64,000 nucleotides of DNA from Alkalispirochaeta sp. Its GTDB lineage: Bacteria > Spirochaetota > Spirochaetia > DSM-27196 > Alkalispirochaetaceae. The DNA is taken from assembly GCA_965601925.1 (NCBI GenBank), contig OZ271854.1, forward strand, positions 1 to 64,000, read 5' to 3'. A program made the translations under genes and the position numbers. Below, piece after piece: positions 30,671 to 39,576 of this stretch; within the stretch, counting starts at the first letter, position 1, and every line of letters starts with the position of its first letter. The notes under the pieces were generated by a model. It had not been told where the DNA came from. It was given only the letters and a program-made list of their open reading frames with translations, and searched no databases.

Positions 30671-31880
30671 CACCGCCCGCGAGATACTAATCTTCGGGGC
30701 GGGAAACATCGGCCGCTCTTTCGTGGGGCAGATTTTCGCCCGCGCCGGGTACCGAGTGATATTTGCGGATCTCGACCGTACGCTGGTCGCGGCGCTCCGC
30801 TCGACGGGGCGATACGATGTCGTCCATCGCTATCCCGACGGGCGAGAGGAGCGTCTGACAATCGAGGGCGTCACCGCATGTGAGGCGGATCGTCCCGCGG
30901 ACGTGGGACCGGTTCTCTCCCGCGTTACACTCGTAGCGACGTCGGTCGGAGCCGCCGCCCTCCCCCATCTATTGCCGCTTTTGGCGGCGGAGGCGGTACG
31001 GCGAGCCGAGGCGGGCGAGCGGCAATTCGACCTGATTCTCGCTGAGAACATCCACGGCGGTGGGGAGCTGGCCAGGAACGAGTTGGTCGCGGCGTTACAC
31101 GCCGGCGGGTTCCACGCCGCATACCGGAGGACGAGCCCCCTCGGAACGGCGCCCGGCGTGATAGAGTGCAGCGTCGGCAAGATGGTACCGATCGTACCCA
31201 CGGAGCTTCGCAATCGAGAGCCCCTCACGGTGTACGCCGAGTCGTTCAATACGCTCATCGTGGACGAGTTGGGATGGGCGGGTCCCATTCCTGCGGTTCG
31301 CGAGCTTCGCCCCGTAGACCCTATCGCGGCGTGGGTGGATCGAAAGCTCTTCATACACAATCTGGGACACGCAGCGTGCGCCTATTTTGCCGCCGTTCAC
31401 CGTCCCGAGCTCACCTACATATGGCAGGCCGTCGCCGACCGGGATATCAGAACTCGATCGCGCGCGGCGATGGCCTCGAGCGCCGCGGCGCTTCGGGCCG
31501 AGTACCCAGGGGTGTTTTCATCGCGTGAGCTGGCCGAGCACATCGACGATCTCTTATATCGGTTCTCCAGTCGCTCCCTGGGAGACACGATTTTTCGCGT
31601 CGGGCGCGACGTGGCGCGCAAGCTCGGTCCCACCGACCGCATCGTCGGAGCAATCGCGCTCCTTCTGCGCCACGGAATGGATACCGCACCGGTGGAGGAG
31701 GTCTACAAGGCGGCGCTTCACTTCGACGCGCGCGACGAGAACGGAGAGCCCTTCCCGTCCGACCGGCTGTTTCGCAGTCGCCTGAGAGACCACGACGAGC
31801 CGTCGCGAGTACTTGTGGAGGTGTCCGGCTTCGATCCGACGACCGACCACGCATTGTTGCAGCGCCTTCTCGGCTCGTAA
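30663..31880 (+). CDS. mtlD: Mannitol-1-phosphate 5-dehydrogenase family protein
   Basis: FGAGNIGRSF, RKLFIHNLGHA and RVGRDVARKLGPTDR motifs. Confidence 0.85.
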   Translation: MRDTAREILIFGAGNIGRSFVGQIFARAGYRVIFADLDRTLVAALRSTGRYDVVHRYPDGREERLTIEGVTACEADRPADVGPVLSRVTLVATSVGAAALPHLLPLLAAEAVRRAEAGERQFDLILAENIHGGGELARNELVAALHAGGFHAAYRRTSPLGTAPGVIECSVGKMVPIVPTELRNREPLTVYAESFNTLIVDELGWAGPIPAVRELRPVDPIAAWVDRKLFIHNLGHAACAYFAAVHRPELTYIWQAVADRDIRTRSRAAMASSAAALRAEYPGVFSSRELAEHIDDLLYRFSSRSLGDTIFRVGRDVARKLGPTDRIVGAIALLLRHGMDTAPVEEVYKAALHFDARDENGEPFPSDRLFRSRLRDHDEPSRVLVEVSGFDPTTDHALLQRLLGS

Positions 31881-31974
31881 GGGCACGATTCGCGCCGTCT
31901 CTGTTTCATTTCTACCGTTCATTACTGCAATACTACAATTCCTATCTCCCATTAGATCGTGCAATATCGATAAA

Positions 31975-32074
31975 TGAAAATCTTTTCACGCTTTGAAATT
32001 TTTTCATTGACAGATGGATAATCCGGGTTTACGGTAAATACACATTCGTGAAGAACAATTCACATATGTGAATT
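31975..32074 (+). promoter_or_regulatory. Promoter/operator region of the PTS operon
   Basis: TTGACA(32007)-17bp-TACGGT; TGAAA..TTTCA boxes at 31975-31988 and 31994-32006; perfect 18-bp palindrome AATTCACATATGTGAATT at 32057-32074. Confidence 0.75.
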
Positions 32075-32086
32075 CATGGGGCGAAG

Positions 32087-33061
32087 ATGCGAATCGACCG
32101 GCAGGACATGTTGGCTCAAATTGCAGTGTGGTACTACGAAGACGGTGTCGATCAGGCCGAGATAGGGCGGCGCATCGGAAAATCGCGTTCCATGGTATCG
32201 CGAATGCTCAACGAGGTCCGGGAGCTAGGTCTCGTTGAGATTCGAATCAAGTATCCGCTCAAACGTGACACGCATCTGGAGACGGCGTTGACCGATCGAT
32301 TCGGATTGGAGTCGGCGTGGGTACTCTCAAGCCCGCCGTCGTGGACTACCGATATGCGTCTGCGCATGCTCGGTCGCGCTGCGGCCGCATGTCTTCAGCG
32401 CTATATCACCGACGGGGTCCGCATCGGTGTGGCGTGGTCACGAACGCTGCACCACGTGGTCGTGGAGGTCCCCGAGCAGCTGGTGCGCGACGCGATGGTG
32501 GTGCAGATCTCCGGCTCCATCATGGACAATCCCGTCTTCGACGGACCGGAGCTCGTCCGTACGCTCGCTCACAAGTTGGATGCCGAATACCGCTACTTCC
32601 CCGCACCACTGGTAGTACGGGAAGCGCGACTCAAAGAGAGCCTCATGGAGGAGGCGACGATCGCCGAGACGTTGCGAGTCGCCGAAAGTGTGGATGTCGC
32701 GATCATAGGCGTCGGCAATATCGGCGCTCAGACATCCAGTCTGCGCGGCTCGCGTATCCTCGACGAGGAGGCGTTGCGGGAACTGATCTCCCATGAGGTA
32801 GCCGGCGACATCATCGCGCGGCAATTCGACGGCGACGGCATACTCTTGCCGGTCGGCTTCAACGATCGAGTCGTGGGTATGGATCCGGACCAGCTCAAAC
32901 GAGTGCCGACGGTAATCGCCGTATCGAGCGGCGCGGAAAAGGTGCGCTCGATTCTGGCGGCGATGCGCGGAGGATGGTTCGGCGTGCTCGTAAGCGACGC
33001 CGATACCGTCTCGGATGTTCTGAAATTGGCCGACGCGACGGTCGGTGGGGAGGCGAGATAA
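32087..33061 (+). CDS. SorC/DeoR-family sugar-binding transcriptional regulator
   Basis: WYYEDGVDQAEIGRRIGKSRSMVSRML HTH; GVAWSRTL; GDIIARQFD. Confidence 0.92.
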   Translation: MRIDRQDMLAQIAVWYYEDGVDQAEIGRRIGKSRSMVSRMLNEVRELGLVEIRIKYPLKRDTHLETALTDRFGLESAWVLSSPPSWTTDMRLRMLGRAAAACLQRYITDGVRIGVAWSRTLHHVVVEVPEQLVRDAMVVQISGSIMDNPVFDGPELVRTLAHKLDAEYRYFPAPLVVREARLKESLMEEATIAETLRVAESVDVAIIGVGNIGAQTSSLRGSRILDEEALRELISHEVAGDIIARQFDGDGILLPVGFNDRVVGMDPDQLKRVPTVIAVSSGAEKVRSILAAMRGGWFGVLVSDADTVSDVLKLADATVGGEAR

Positions 33062-33063
33062 AG

Positions 33064-33501
33064 ATGGCTCGTGGATTCGGACTGGTGTTTTTGTTGCTCG
33101 CCGCCGCGTGGCTGGCCCAGTTGGCGCTGTCGCTCCTGCAGACCCGGCGTTTTTATCGCCGCGTCGCCGAGCTTCGGCGGGGAAGTCACGCAAGCGCGGT
33201 CGGCGTCGCCGGGAACAACTGGCGTCGCAAACTGTACGCCGTACTCGTGGTCGACGAGCGCTATCGCATTACGGCGGCCGAGAAGCTTGCGGGATTTACC
33301 GTCTTCGCCGGCCTCAAACCGGTAGAGGCGTTGCGCGGTCTCGCACTCGAGAGAATCGAGGACGAGACGCCGGTGGCGGGGATCTCCAAGAAGCTGTGGA
33401 GCGCTTTCGGAAACGCGGCCGAGTACATAGGTCGCCACCGAAGCGAGAACGAGCCGGTCGTCGCACCGAGCGACGGAAAGGAGGAGCGTGGAGAGACGTA
33501 A
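33064..33501 (+). CDS. gutM: GutM/SrlM-like glucitol operon protein
   Basis: N-terminal TM then LQTRRFY; LAGFTVFAGLKP; position in a glucitol PTS operon. Confidence 0.78.
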   Translation: MARGFGLVFLLLAAAWLAQLALSLLQTRRFYRRVAELRRGSHASAVGVAGNNWRRKLYAVLVVDERYRITAAEKLAGFTVFAGLKPVEALRGLALERIEDETPVAGISKKLWSAFGNAAEYIGRHRSENEPVVAPSDGKEERGET

Positions 33502-33566
33502 CACAGCGCACACCGATGACCCGTATCTGTCGTTGACAGAGGTTCAAAATGTGATGAGGAGGAAAC

Positions 33567-34097
33567 ATGCAAGGACTAGCTAATTTAGCGGAAGGATTTA
33601 TCGGTCTTTTTCAGCAAGGCGGCGCGACCTTCATGGGTCTCGTGACGGGAATCGTCCCGTTGCTGATCGTGCTCATGACGTTCGTGAACGCGATCATCGC
33701 GATGATCGGCCCGGAGCGCATCGACAGAGTCGGCGAATGGGCGGCGCGAGACGGACTGTTGTTTTATCCCATTCGGTACATCCTACTTCCGTTTCTCTCG
33801 GTCTTTTTTCTCACCAATCCGATGGCCTACACCATGGGGCGATTTCTGCCGGAGAAGTTCAAGCCGGCGTTCTACGACGCGGCGGTCTCCTATGTACATC
33901 CGCCGTTGGGAGTATTTCCCCACATAAATCCCGGTGAGATTTTCGTTTGGTCGGGTATCGCAGCCGGTATCACGACGCTGGGGCTGGGGCTTGGCGATCT
34001 TGCAGTGCGATATCTTTTGGTCGGTTTGGTGGTCATTTTCATCAGAGGCATCGTGACCGAGCGCATCACCGCCATCATGTGGAATCGGAACAAGTAA
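33567..34097 (+). CDS. srlA: PTS glucitol/sorbitol-family IIC2 component
   Basis: [29 protein letters not shown] and FPHINPGE motifs; GAGGAGG RBS. Confidence 0.93.
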   Translation: MQGLANLAEGFIGLFQQGGATFMGLVTGIVPLLIVLMTFVNAIIAMIGPERIDRVGEWAARDGLLFYPIRYILLPFLSVFFLTNPMAYTMGRFLPEKFKPAFYDAAVSYVHPPLGVFPHINPGEIFVWSGIAAGITTLGLGLGDLAVRYLLVGLVVIFIRGIVTERITAIMWNRNK

Positions 34098-34108
34098 GGA
34101 GGCCGTCA

Positions 34109-34642
34109 ATGACTAAATTCCTGGAAAAAATAGGCCGCGCCGTCGGCGTCGTAGTCGCAGCGTTGTATCAGTCGGGTCGCGATGCGATCGATCAAGTGAT
34201 CAAGAACATCCTTCCCTTTATGGCCTTCATCTCGCTGATCATCGGTATCATTCTGGCCACCAACGTCGGTAACTTGATCGCCCAAGGACTCACCGGGCTC
34301 GCCGATAACATCGTAGGCCTGCTGATACTGTCGGTCATCGTCGGATTCCCCGTGCTCTCACCGCTGCTCGGCCCCGGTGCGGTCATTGCGCAAATCATCG
34401 GAACGTTGATCGGCGTCGAGATCGGGCGCGGCAACATTCCGCCGCAGTACTCGCTTCCCGCCCTCTTCGCGATCAATCCACAGGTCGGATGTGACTTCAT
34501 CCCCGTCGGTCTCTCGTTGGGAGAAGCGGAACCTGAGACCGTCGAGATCGGCGTCCCGGCGATTCTCTTTTCACGCATGATCACGGGCCCGATCGCGGTC
34601 GTCCTCGCGTGGTTGGCAAGCGCCGGACTCTACACCGAATAA
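34109..34642 (+). CDS. PTS glucitol-family IIC1 component (C-terminal membrane half of SrlE as a separate gene)
   Basis: [28 protein letters not shown] and [23 protein letters not shown] motifs; own AGGAGG RBS and stop. Confidence 0.9.
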   Translation: MTKFLEKIGRAVGVVVAALYQSGRDAIDQVIKNILPFMAFISLIIGIILATNVGNLIAQGLTGLADNIVGLLILSVIVGFPVLSPLLGPGAVIAQIIGTLIGVEIGRGNIPPQYSLPALFAINPQVGCDFIPVGLSLGEAEPETVEIGVPAILFSRMITGPIAVVLAWLASAGLYTE

Positions 34643-34656
34643 CAGGAGACGCCCCT

Positions 34657-35160
34657 ATGTCGTTCTGGGACAAAGTGAAAAAAACGCTGGTGGGAGAGGC
34701 GCCCAAGCCCGAAGAGAAGCCGGCGGCGAAGACGAAACAGGAAGGTGTCGCGGAACCGAAACCGGCGGCCGAGAGCTCAGCACCTTCGAGCGGTGCGTAC
34801 AACGCGTGCACCATTAACCGCGGAGTGCGCGGATGGGGTGGACCGCTCACGATCCGCCCGACGGACGAACGCAACCTGATTTACTCGGTAACCGGGGGCG
34901 GCATCCACCCGGTCGCCCAAAAGATCGCCGACCTTACCGGAGGCCAACCCTTCGACGGCTTCAAGTCCAAGGCGGACTTCGAGAAGATCGCCGTTGCGGT
35001 CATCGACTGCGGCGGCACCGCTCGCGTCGGCGTCTACCCAATGAAGGGTATCCCGACGGTAGATGTCCACGCCGCCTCTCCGTCGGGCCCGCTGGCGAAG
35101 TACATCAACGAGACCAACTTCGTATCGGGCGTCAAAGTGGAGAACATAGACGGGGCGTAG
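34657..35160 (+). CDS. PTS glucitol-family IIB component (N-terminal domain of SrlE as a separate gene) with N-terminal amphipathic peptide and linker
   Basis: GWGGPL, DGFK, VIDCGGT (phospho-Cys) and SGPLAKYI...VSGV motifs; own AGGAG RBS. Confidence 0.9.
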   Translation: MSFWDKVKKTLVGEAPKPEEKPAAKTKQEGVAEPKPAAESSAPSSGAYNACTINRGVRGWGGPLTIRPTDERNLIYSVTGGGIHPVAQKIADLTGGQPFDGFKSKADFEKIAVAVIDCGGTARVGVYPMKGIPTVDVHAASPSGPLAKYINETNFVSGVKVENIDGA

Positions 35161-35232
35161 GCATACACGGGCGGCGGACTCGAACCGCCGTCCCGACGCA
35201 TGAGCCTCGACGGTCCTAAACCGGGGTACACA

Positions 35233-35604
35233 ATGAGTACACAAAAGTATAGCGCGCAGGTAACCGCGGTAGGCGAGTACGCCGCGGAGTTCATAGCCGA
35301 AGGAGTGCTCGTGTTCTTTTCCGAGACCGCTCCGGAAGAGCTGCAAGAACACGCGATCGTCCACGATCGAACCGAGCCGCAGACCGCCGACGTACGACCT
35401 ACCGATGTCGTTCGTATCGGACAGTCGCGCTTTCCGATACTCGCGGTCGGATCGGTCGCGAATGAAAACCTACGCAACCTCGGCCACCTCGTTCTCAAAT
35501 TCAACGGGTCGGACGAGGCGGAGATGCAGGGCGACGTAAATGTGCCGCACGAGGCGATACCGAATATCGTCCCCGGCACGGAAATCGAGATCACCGGAGA
35601 TTGA
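35233..35604 (+). CDS. srlB: PTS glucitol/sorbitol-family IIA component
   Basis: APEELQEHAIVH and AVGSVANENLRNLGH motifs. Confidence 0.9.
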   Translation: MSTQKYSAQVTAVGEYAAEFIAEGVLVFFSETAPEELQEHAIVHDRTEPQTADVRPTDVVRIGQSRFPILAVGSVANENLRNLGHLVLKFNGSDEAEMQGDVNVPHEAIPNIVPGTEIEITGD

Positions 35605-35610
35605 ACATAG

Positions 35611-36909
35611 ATGGAGCTCTACAATTCCCTCGTTGAATATCAAAGAAGCGGCAAACTCATCCGAGTCGGCCTGGTAGGCGCCGGCCAAATGGGCGAGGGG
35701 CTCGCAAGTCAAATGGAGATGATGCACGGTATGCGCGCATTCGCAATCGCCGATGTCGTTGCGGGTCGCGCCGCCGAGGTGCTCCGTACCGCACACGTAC
35801 CGCACAAAGATATCGTCGAAACCACCGATCCGGCCGTCGCCTCGCAAGCGATCGCCGACGGGAAGCGCGTCGCGACCACAAAAGCTGAAATACTGGCACG
35901 AATCGAAGGTCTGGACGTCGTCGTCGAGGCGACGGGTATCCCGGAAGTCGGAGCCCAGGTCGCTCTCGACGCAATCCTTAACCGAAAGCACGTACTGCAA
36001 ATGAATGTGGAGACCGACGCGACCGTCGGTTACCTCCTGCGCACGATGGCGAAGAGCGCGGGGGTCGTATATACCCTCACCGCAGGAGACGAACCCGGTG
36101 CGACGATGGAACTCTTCGACTTCGCGAAGACCCTCGGGTTTACGGTAGTGGCGGCGGGAAAGGGAAAAAACAATCCCCTCGATCGCGGAGCTAACCCCGA
36201 TACCGTCGCCGAACGCGCCAAGAGCCAGATGATGAACCCCAAAATGCTCGCCTCCTTCGTCGACGGCACCAAAACGATGGTAGAGATGACGTCGTTCGGA
36301 AACGCCGTGGGATTCGTTCCCGACGTGCGGGGAATGCACGGGCCCGAGGTGACGGCCAAGACGCTCTCTTCGGTATTTGCGCCTACCTCTGACGGCGGCA
36401 TCTTGGGTAACACCGGAGTAGTAGAATACGGTCGCGGCGTCGCGCCGGGCGTATTCGTAGTATTTACCACCGACCACCCCAAGATCGTGCGCGACCTGGG
36501 GTATCTGGGAATGGGCGACGGCCCGTACTGGGCGCTCTATCGTCCGTATCACTTGACCAGTCTGGAGACACCGATCTCCATCGCCCGCGCCGTCCTCAAG
36601 GGCGAGACGACGATCGCGACCGACAAACCTCCGGTCGTCGAGACGGTGGCATATGCAAAGCGCGATCTGAAAGCCGGAGAGGTGATCGACAGCTTGGGCG
36701 GATACACCGCCTACGGCATGGCGGAGCGCGCATCAATCGCGACCGAGGAGAACTTACTTCCCTTGGGCCTCGCGCCTGGGTCGACGATGGTTCGCGACGT
36801 AAGAGCGGGTGAGCCGATCACCTATAGCGATGTCACGGTGAAGACCGACACGACGATCTTCTATCTCAGAAACCTCCAGGACCAACTGGTGCGGAGGAAT
36901 GCACCATGA
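35611..36909 (+). CDS. NAD(P)-dependent oxidoreductase with C-terminal SAF domain (homoserine dehydrogenase-like, COG4091 type)
   Basis: VGAGQMG Rossmann motif; NVETDATVG, GDEPG, AAGKGK, FVDGTKTMVEM, YRPYHL; SAF region AKRDLKAGE..LLPLGL. Confidence 0.87.
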   Translation: MELYNSLVEYQRSGKLIRVGLVGAGQMGEGLASQMEMMHGMRAFAIADVVAGRAAEVLRTAHVPHKDIVETTDPAVASQAIADGKRVATTKAEILARIEGLDVVVEATGIPEVGAQVALDAILNRKHVLQMNVETDATVGYLLRTMAKSAGVVYTLTAGDEPGATMELFDFAKTLGFTVVAAGKGKNNPLDRGANPDTVAERAKSQMMNPKMLASFVDGTKTMVEMTSFGNAVGFVPDVRGMHGPEVTAKTLSSVFAPTSDGGILGNTGVVEYGRGVAPGVFVVFTTDHPKIVRDLGYLGMGDGPYWALYRPYHLTSLETPISIARAVLKGETTIATDKPPVVETVAYAKRDLKAGEVIDSLGGYTAYGMAERASIATEENLLPLGLAPGSTMVRDVRAGEPITYSDVTVKTDTTIFYLRNLQDQLVRRNAP

Positions 36910-37184
36910 AACGCGCCACGGCCGCCGTACAACACGCCGTCGGGCTCCATGCGCGCCCGGCCGCACGCTTCGTGAAACGCGCGAAGGGGTACGAATCGAC
37001 CATCACGATACGCAACCTTACCCGCGACGGCGAGACGGTCGACGCAAAGAGCCTTGTCAAGGTGATAAAAATCGCCGCGGCCCAACACCAAGAGGTCGAG
37101 ATCGTCGTCGAGGGGCCGGACGAGGACGAGGCGCTTGCCGGACTTCTGGACTTCTTGGGCGACGTAGCCGAGGATGAGCAGTGA
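36906..37184 (+). CDS. ptsH: Phosphocarrier protein HPr
   Basis: GLHARPA (His15) and DAKSL (Ser46 equivalent). Confidence 0.93.
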   Translation: MKRATAAVQHAVGLHARPAARFVKRAKGYESTITIRNLTRDGETVDAKSLVKVIKIAAAQHQEVEIVVEGPDEDEALAGLLDFLGDVAEDEQ

Positions 37185-38887
37185 AGACCGTCGCCGGACA
37201 CGCCGCGAGCGCGGGTATTGCGATCGGACCGCTGTTCGTGTACCGCGCGCCGACGATACCCACGGATCGTCGCGCGGTAGACGACGTCACGGCGGAGCTT
37301 GCGCGTTACGACGACGTGCGCGAGCGGGTAGCGCAGGAACTCCAAGCACTGGCCGCCACCCTCACCGAACGGGACAAAGACGACGAGGCCGCGATCTTCG
37401 AAATCCAGATGGAGTTCCTGGAGGATCCGACCTTCGGCGAAGAGATTCGATCGCGGATCGCCGATGAAAGCATATGCGGCGAGAGTGCCACGCGGTTCGT
37501 TACCGACGAGTTGGTAGCGGAGTTCTCCGAGATAGACGACGCGTACTTTGCCGGCCGCGCAATCGACATCCGCGATCTGGGCGAGCGTATGATCAAGCGG
37601 CTCTCAGGAATAGAGACCGATCCGTTTGACGACGTTAACGAGCCGTCAATCATCGTGGCGCACGATCTGACGCCTTCGGATACGGTATCGATGGATCGCA
37701 CGAAGGTGCTTGCCCTGTGTACCGAAATCGGCAGCGCCACGTCGCACACGGCGATCATCGCGCGTAGCCTCGGCATCCCGGCGATCGTGGGGCTCGGCGC
37801 GCTCACCGTCGATGCGCGCGAGACGGCGATCGTAGACGCCATAGAGGGCAGGCTCATCGTCGAGCCCGATATGGAGACCGTCTCGATCTATCGTGCGCGC
37901 AAGGACGATTTCGATAGTCGGCGCGCCGGTCTATTACAACGGGCACACGAGCCGGCGAGAACGTCGGACGGCGTACCGGTAGAGGTGGTTGCAAACATCG
38001 GCGGAGTAGAGGACGCACGCCAAGCCGTAGAGTACGGTGCCGAAGGCGTGGGGCTGCTCCGGACGGAGTTTCTCTTTCTCGACCGTGCAACGCTCCCCGA
38101 CGAGGAGGAGCAGTATCGAGTCTACCGAGAGATCGTCGATCTGTTCGGAACGCGCCCGGTCGTCGTACGCACCCTCGACGTGGGCGGAGACAAGCCGTTG
38201 CGGTCGGTTTCCACGCCTGCGGAGAGTAACCCCTTTCTGGGGCAACGGGCCATTCGTCTCGCCCTCGCCGATCCGGAGCGTCTGTTGTTACCGCAACTGC
38301 GCGCGCTCTTAAGGGCGTCACCGGATCGCACCGTGAAGATCATGTTTCCGATGGTTGCGACCGCCGCCGAGGTCAAGCAGTTGCAAGCGGCCCTCGCCGG
38401 CGTGCGTGTGGAACTCAATCGGCGCGGCGTACCCTACGCCCGAGACGTCCAAACCGGCATTATGGTGGAGATTCCGGCCGCAGCCGTGGCGTCGCGCCGT
38501 CTCGCCCGGTTGGTCGACTTTTTCTCCATCGGGACCAACGACCTGACGCAATACCTCCTCGCCGCAGACCGCACCAATGAGCGGGTAGCGACGTTAGCCG
38601 ATAGTTTCGAGCCGGCGGTGCTTGAAGTAATACGCATGATCATCGATGCGGCCCACGGGGAGGGCAAACGAGTCGGTATGTGCGGCGAGATGGCCGGCGA
38701 TCCGCTGGCGATTCCGCTTCTTTTGGGAATGGGCCTGGACGAGTTCTCCATGTCGCCCACGGCGATTCCCGATGCCAAGGATCGCCTCCGAAACCTCTCC
38801 AGAGAGGCACTACGCGGCGTAGTCGCGCAATGTCTGGAGGCCGAATCCGCCGCCGAGGTTCGCTCCGTGTTGGCTCGTGTGAGTTAA
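37181..38887 (+). CDS. ptsI: PEP-protein phosphotransferase (Enzyme I)
   Basis: TSHTAIIARS, GVGLLRTEFLF, NPFLGQRAIR, FSIGTNDLTQY and GMCGE motifs. Confidence 0.96.
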   Translation: MKTVAGHAASAGIAIGPLFVYRAPTIPTDRRAVDDVTAELARYDDVRERVAQELQALAATLTERDKDDEAAIFEIQMEFLEDPTFGEEIRSRIADESICGESATRFVTDELVAEFSEIDDAYFAGRAIDIRDLGERMIKRLSGIETDPFDDVNEPSIIVAHDLTPSDTVSMDRTKVLALCTEIGSATSHTAIIARSLGIPAIVGLGALTVDARETAIVDAIEGRLIVEPDMETVSIYRARKDDFDSRRAGLLQRAHEPARTSDGVPVEVVANIGGVEDARQAVEYGAEGVGLLRTEFLFLDRATLPDEEEQYRVYREIVDLFGTRPVVVRTLDVGGDKPLRSVSTPAESNPFLGQRAIRLALADPERLLLPQLRALLRASPDRTVKIMFPMVATAAEVKQLQAALAGVRVELNRRGVPYARDVQTGIMVEIPAAAVASRRLARLVDFFSIGTNDLTQYLLAADRTNERVATLADSFEPAVLEVIRMIIDAAHGEGKRVGMCGEMAGDPLAIPLLLGMGLDEFSMSPTAIPDAKDRLRNLSREALRGVVAQCLEAESAAEVRSVLARVS

Positions 38888-38954
38888 TCGTTAGACTCCG
38901 ACAAAATGAACGAAAAACTGGACGCGGCGAACATACTCCGCTATGCTTTAGAGC

Positions 38955-39191
38955 ATGATTGATGCGATGACAACGGCTTATGTGTCGATGAATCAAGCTC
39001 AAGCTCAGCAGGACGCCGGCATGGCGGTACTCAGAAGCAGCGTAGATCTTGCCGCAACCCAGGGCTCGCAGATGACCGATCTCATCACGAGCGCCGGCGC
39101 GGCAACCTCTGCGGCGACGGACACGCAAGTTCAACAGGGCCTTGCGTTGACCGATCCGGCCCTCGGCCAACGGATCGATCTCACCGTATAA
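38955..39191 (+). CDS. YjfB-like small protein (putative motility protein family)
   Basis: AGMAVLRSSVD core and C-terminal LGQRIDLTV; leaderless promoter TGGACG-17-TATGCT 7 nt upstream. Confidence 0.75.
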   Translation: MIDAMTTAYVSMNQAQAQQDAGMAVLRSSVDLAATQGSQMTDLITSAGAATSAATDTQVQQGLALTDPALGQRIDLTV

Positions 39192-39197
39192 GATCTC

Positions 39198-39229
39198 GAG
39201 AGGGGCGGCGTACCGCCCCTCTCTTGTTT
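39198..39229 (+). terminator. Intrinsic terminator
   Basis: 11-bp stem GAGAGGGGCGG/CCGCCCCTCTC, 4-nt loop, followed by TTGTTT. Confidence 0.8.
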
Positions 39230-39280
39230 CGCCTCCACACTCTCTGTCTTGTTTTCGTTGCTACACGATACACGGTCGGC

Positions 39281-39576
39281 ATAGAACCATTTACGACGTC
39301 GGAAATACCATACCATCGCAATCACGACGGCAGCCATGACGACTGGAACCGCCGGATACCCCCATCGCCGTCCCACGCCCGGCATATGGGATGAAAATCG
39401 CGGCAATGATGGTCGGCACCTTCATGACGCCGCTCGTTGCTTCACTTGAGACCGTCGAATAGAGGGGAACGAGTGTCGTCGCCCGCGGCGGCGTTGCGAA
39501 GGGAGTGCGCGAAGGAGGTCATAGCCCGTCGAAAGACGATAATCGTCGCAAGAAGCTCCCGGCGTCGGAGACTCAT
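39281..39576 (-). pseudogene. corA: corA (Mg2+/Co2+ transporter) 3' remnant
   Basis: LYSTVSSEATSGVMKVPTIIAAIFIP, then frameshift to MPGVGRRWGYPAVPVVMAAVVIAMVWYFRRRKWF; GMN motif deleted. Confidence 0.75.

Noticed and set aside
35611..36909. Annotation as a true homoserine dehydrogenase
   Set aside because: SAF domain, no ACT domain and the PTS context argue for sugar/polyol chemistry
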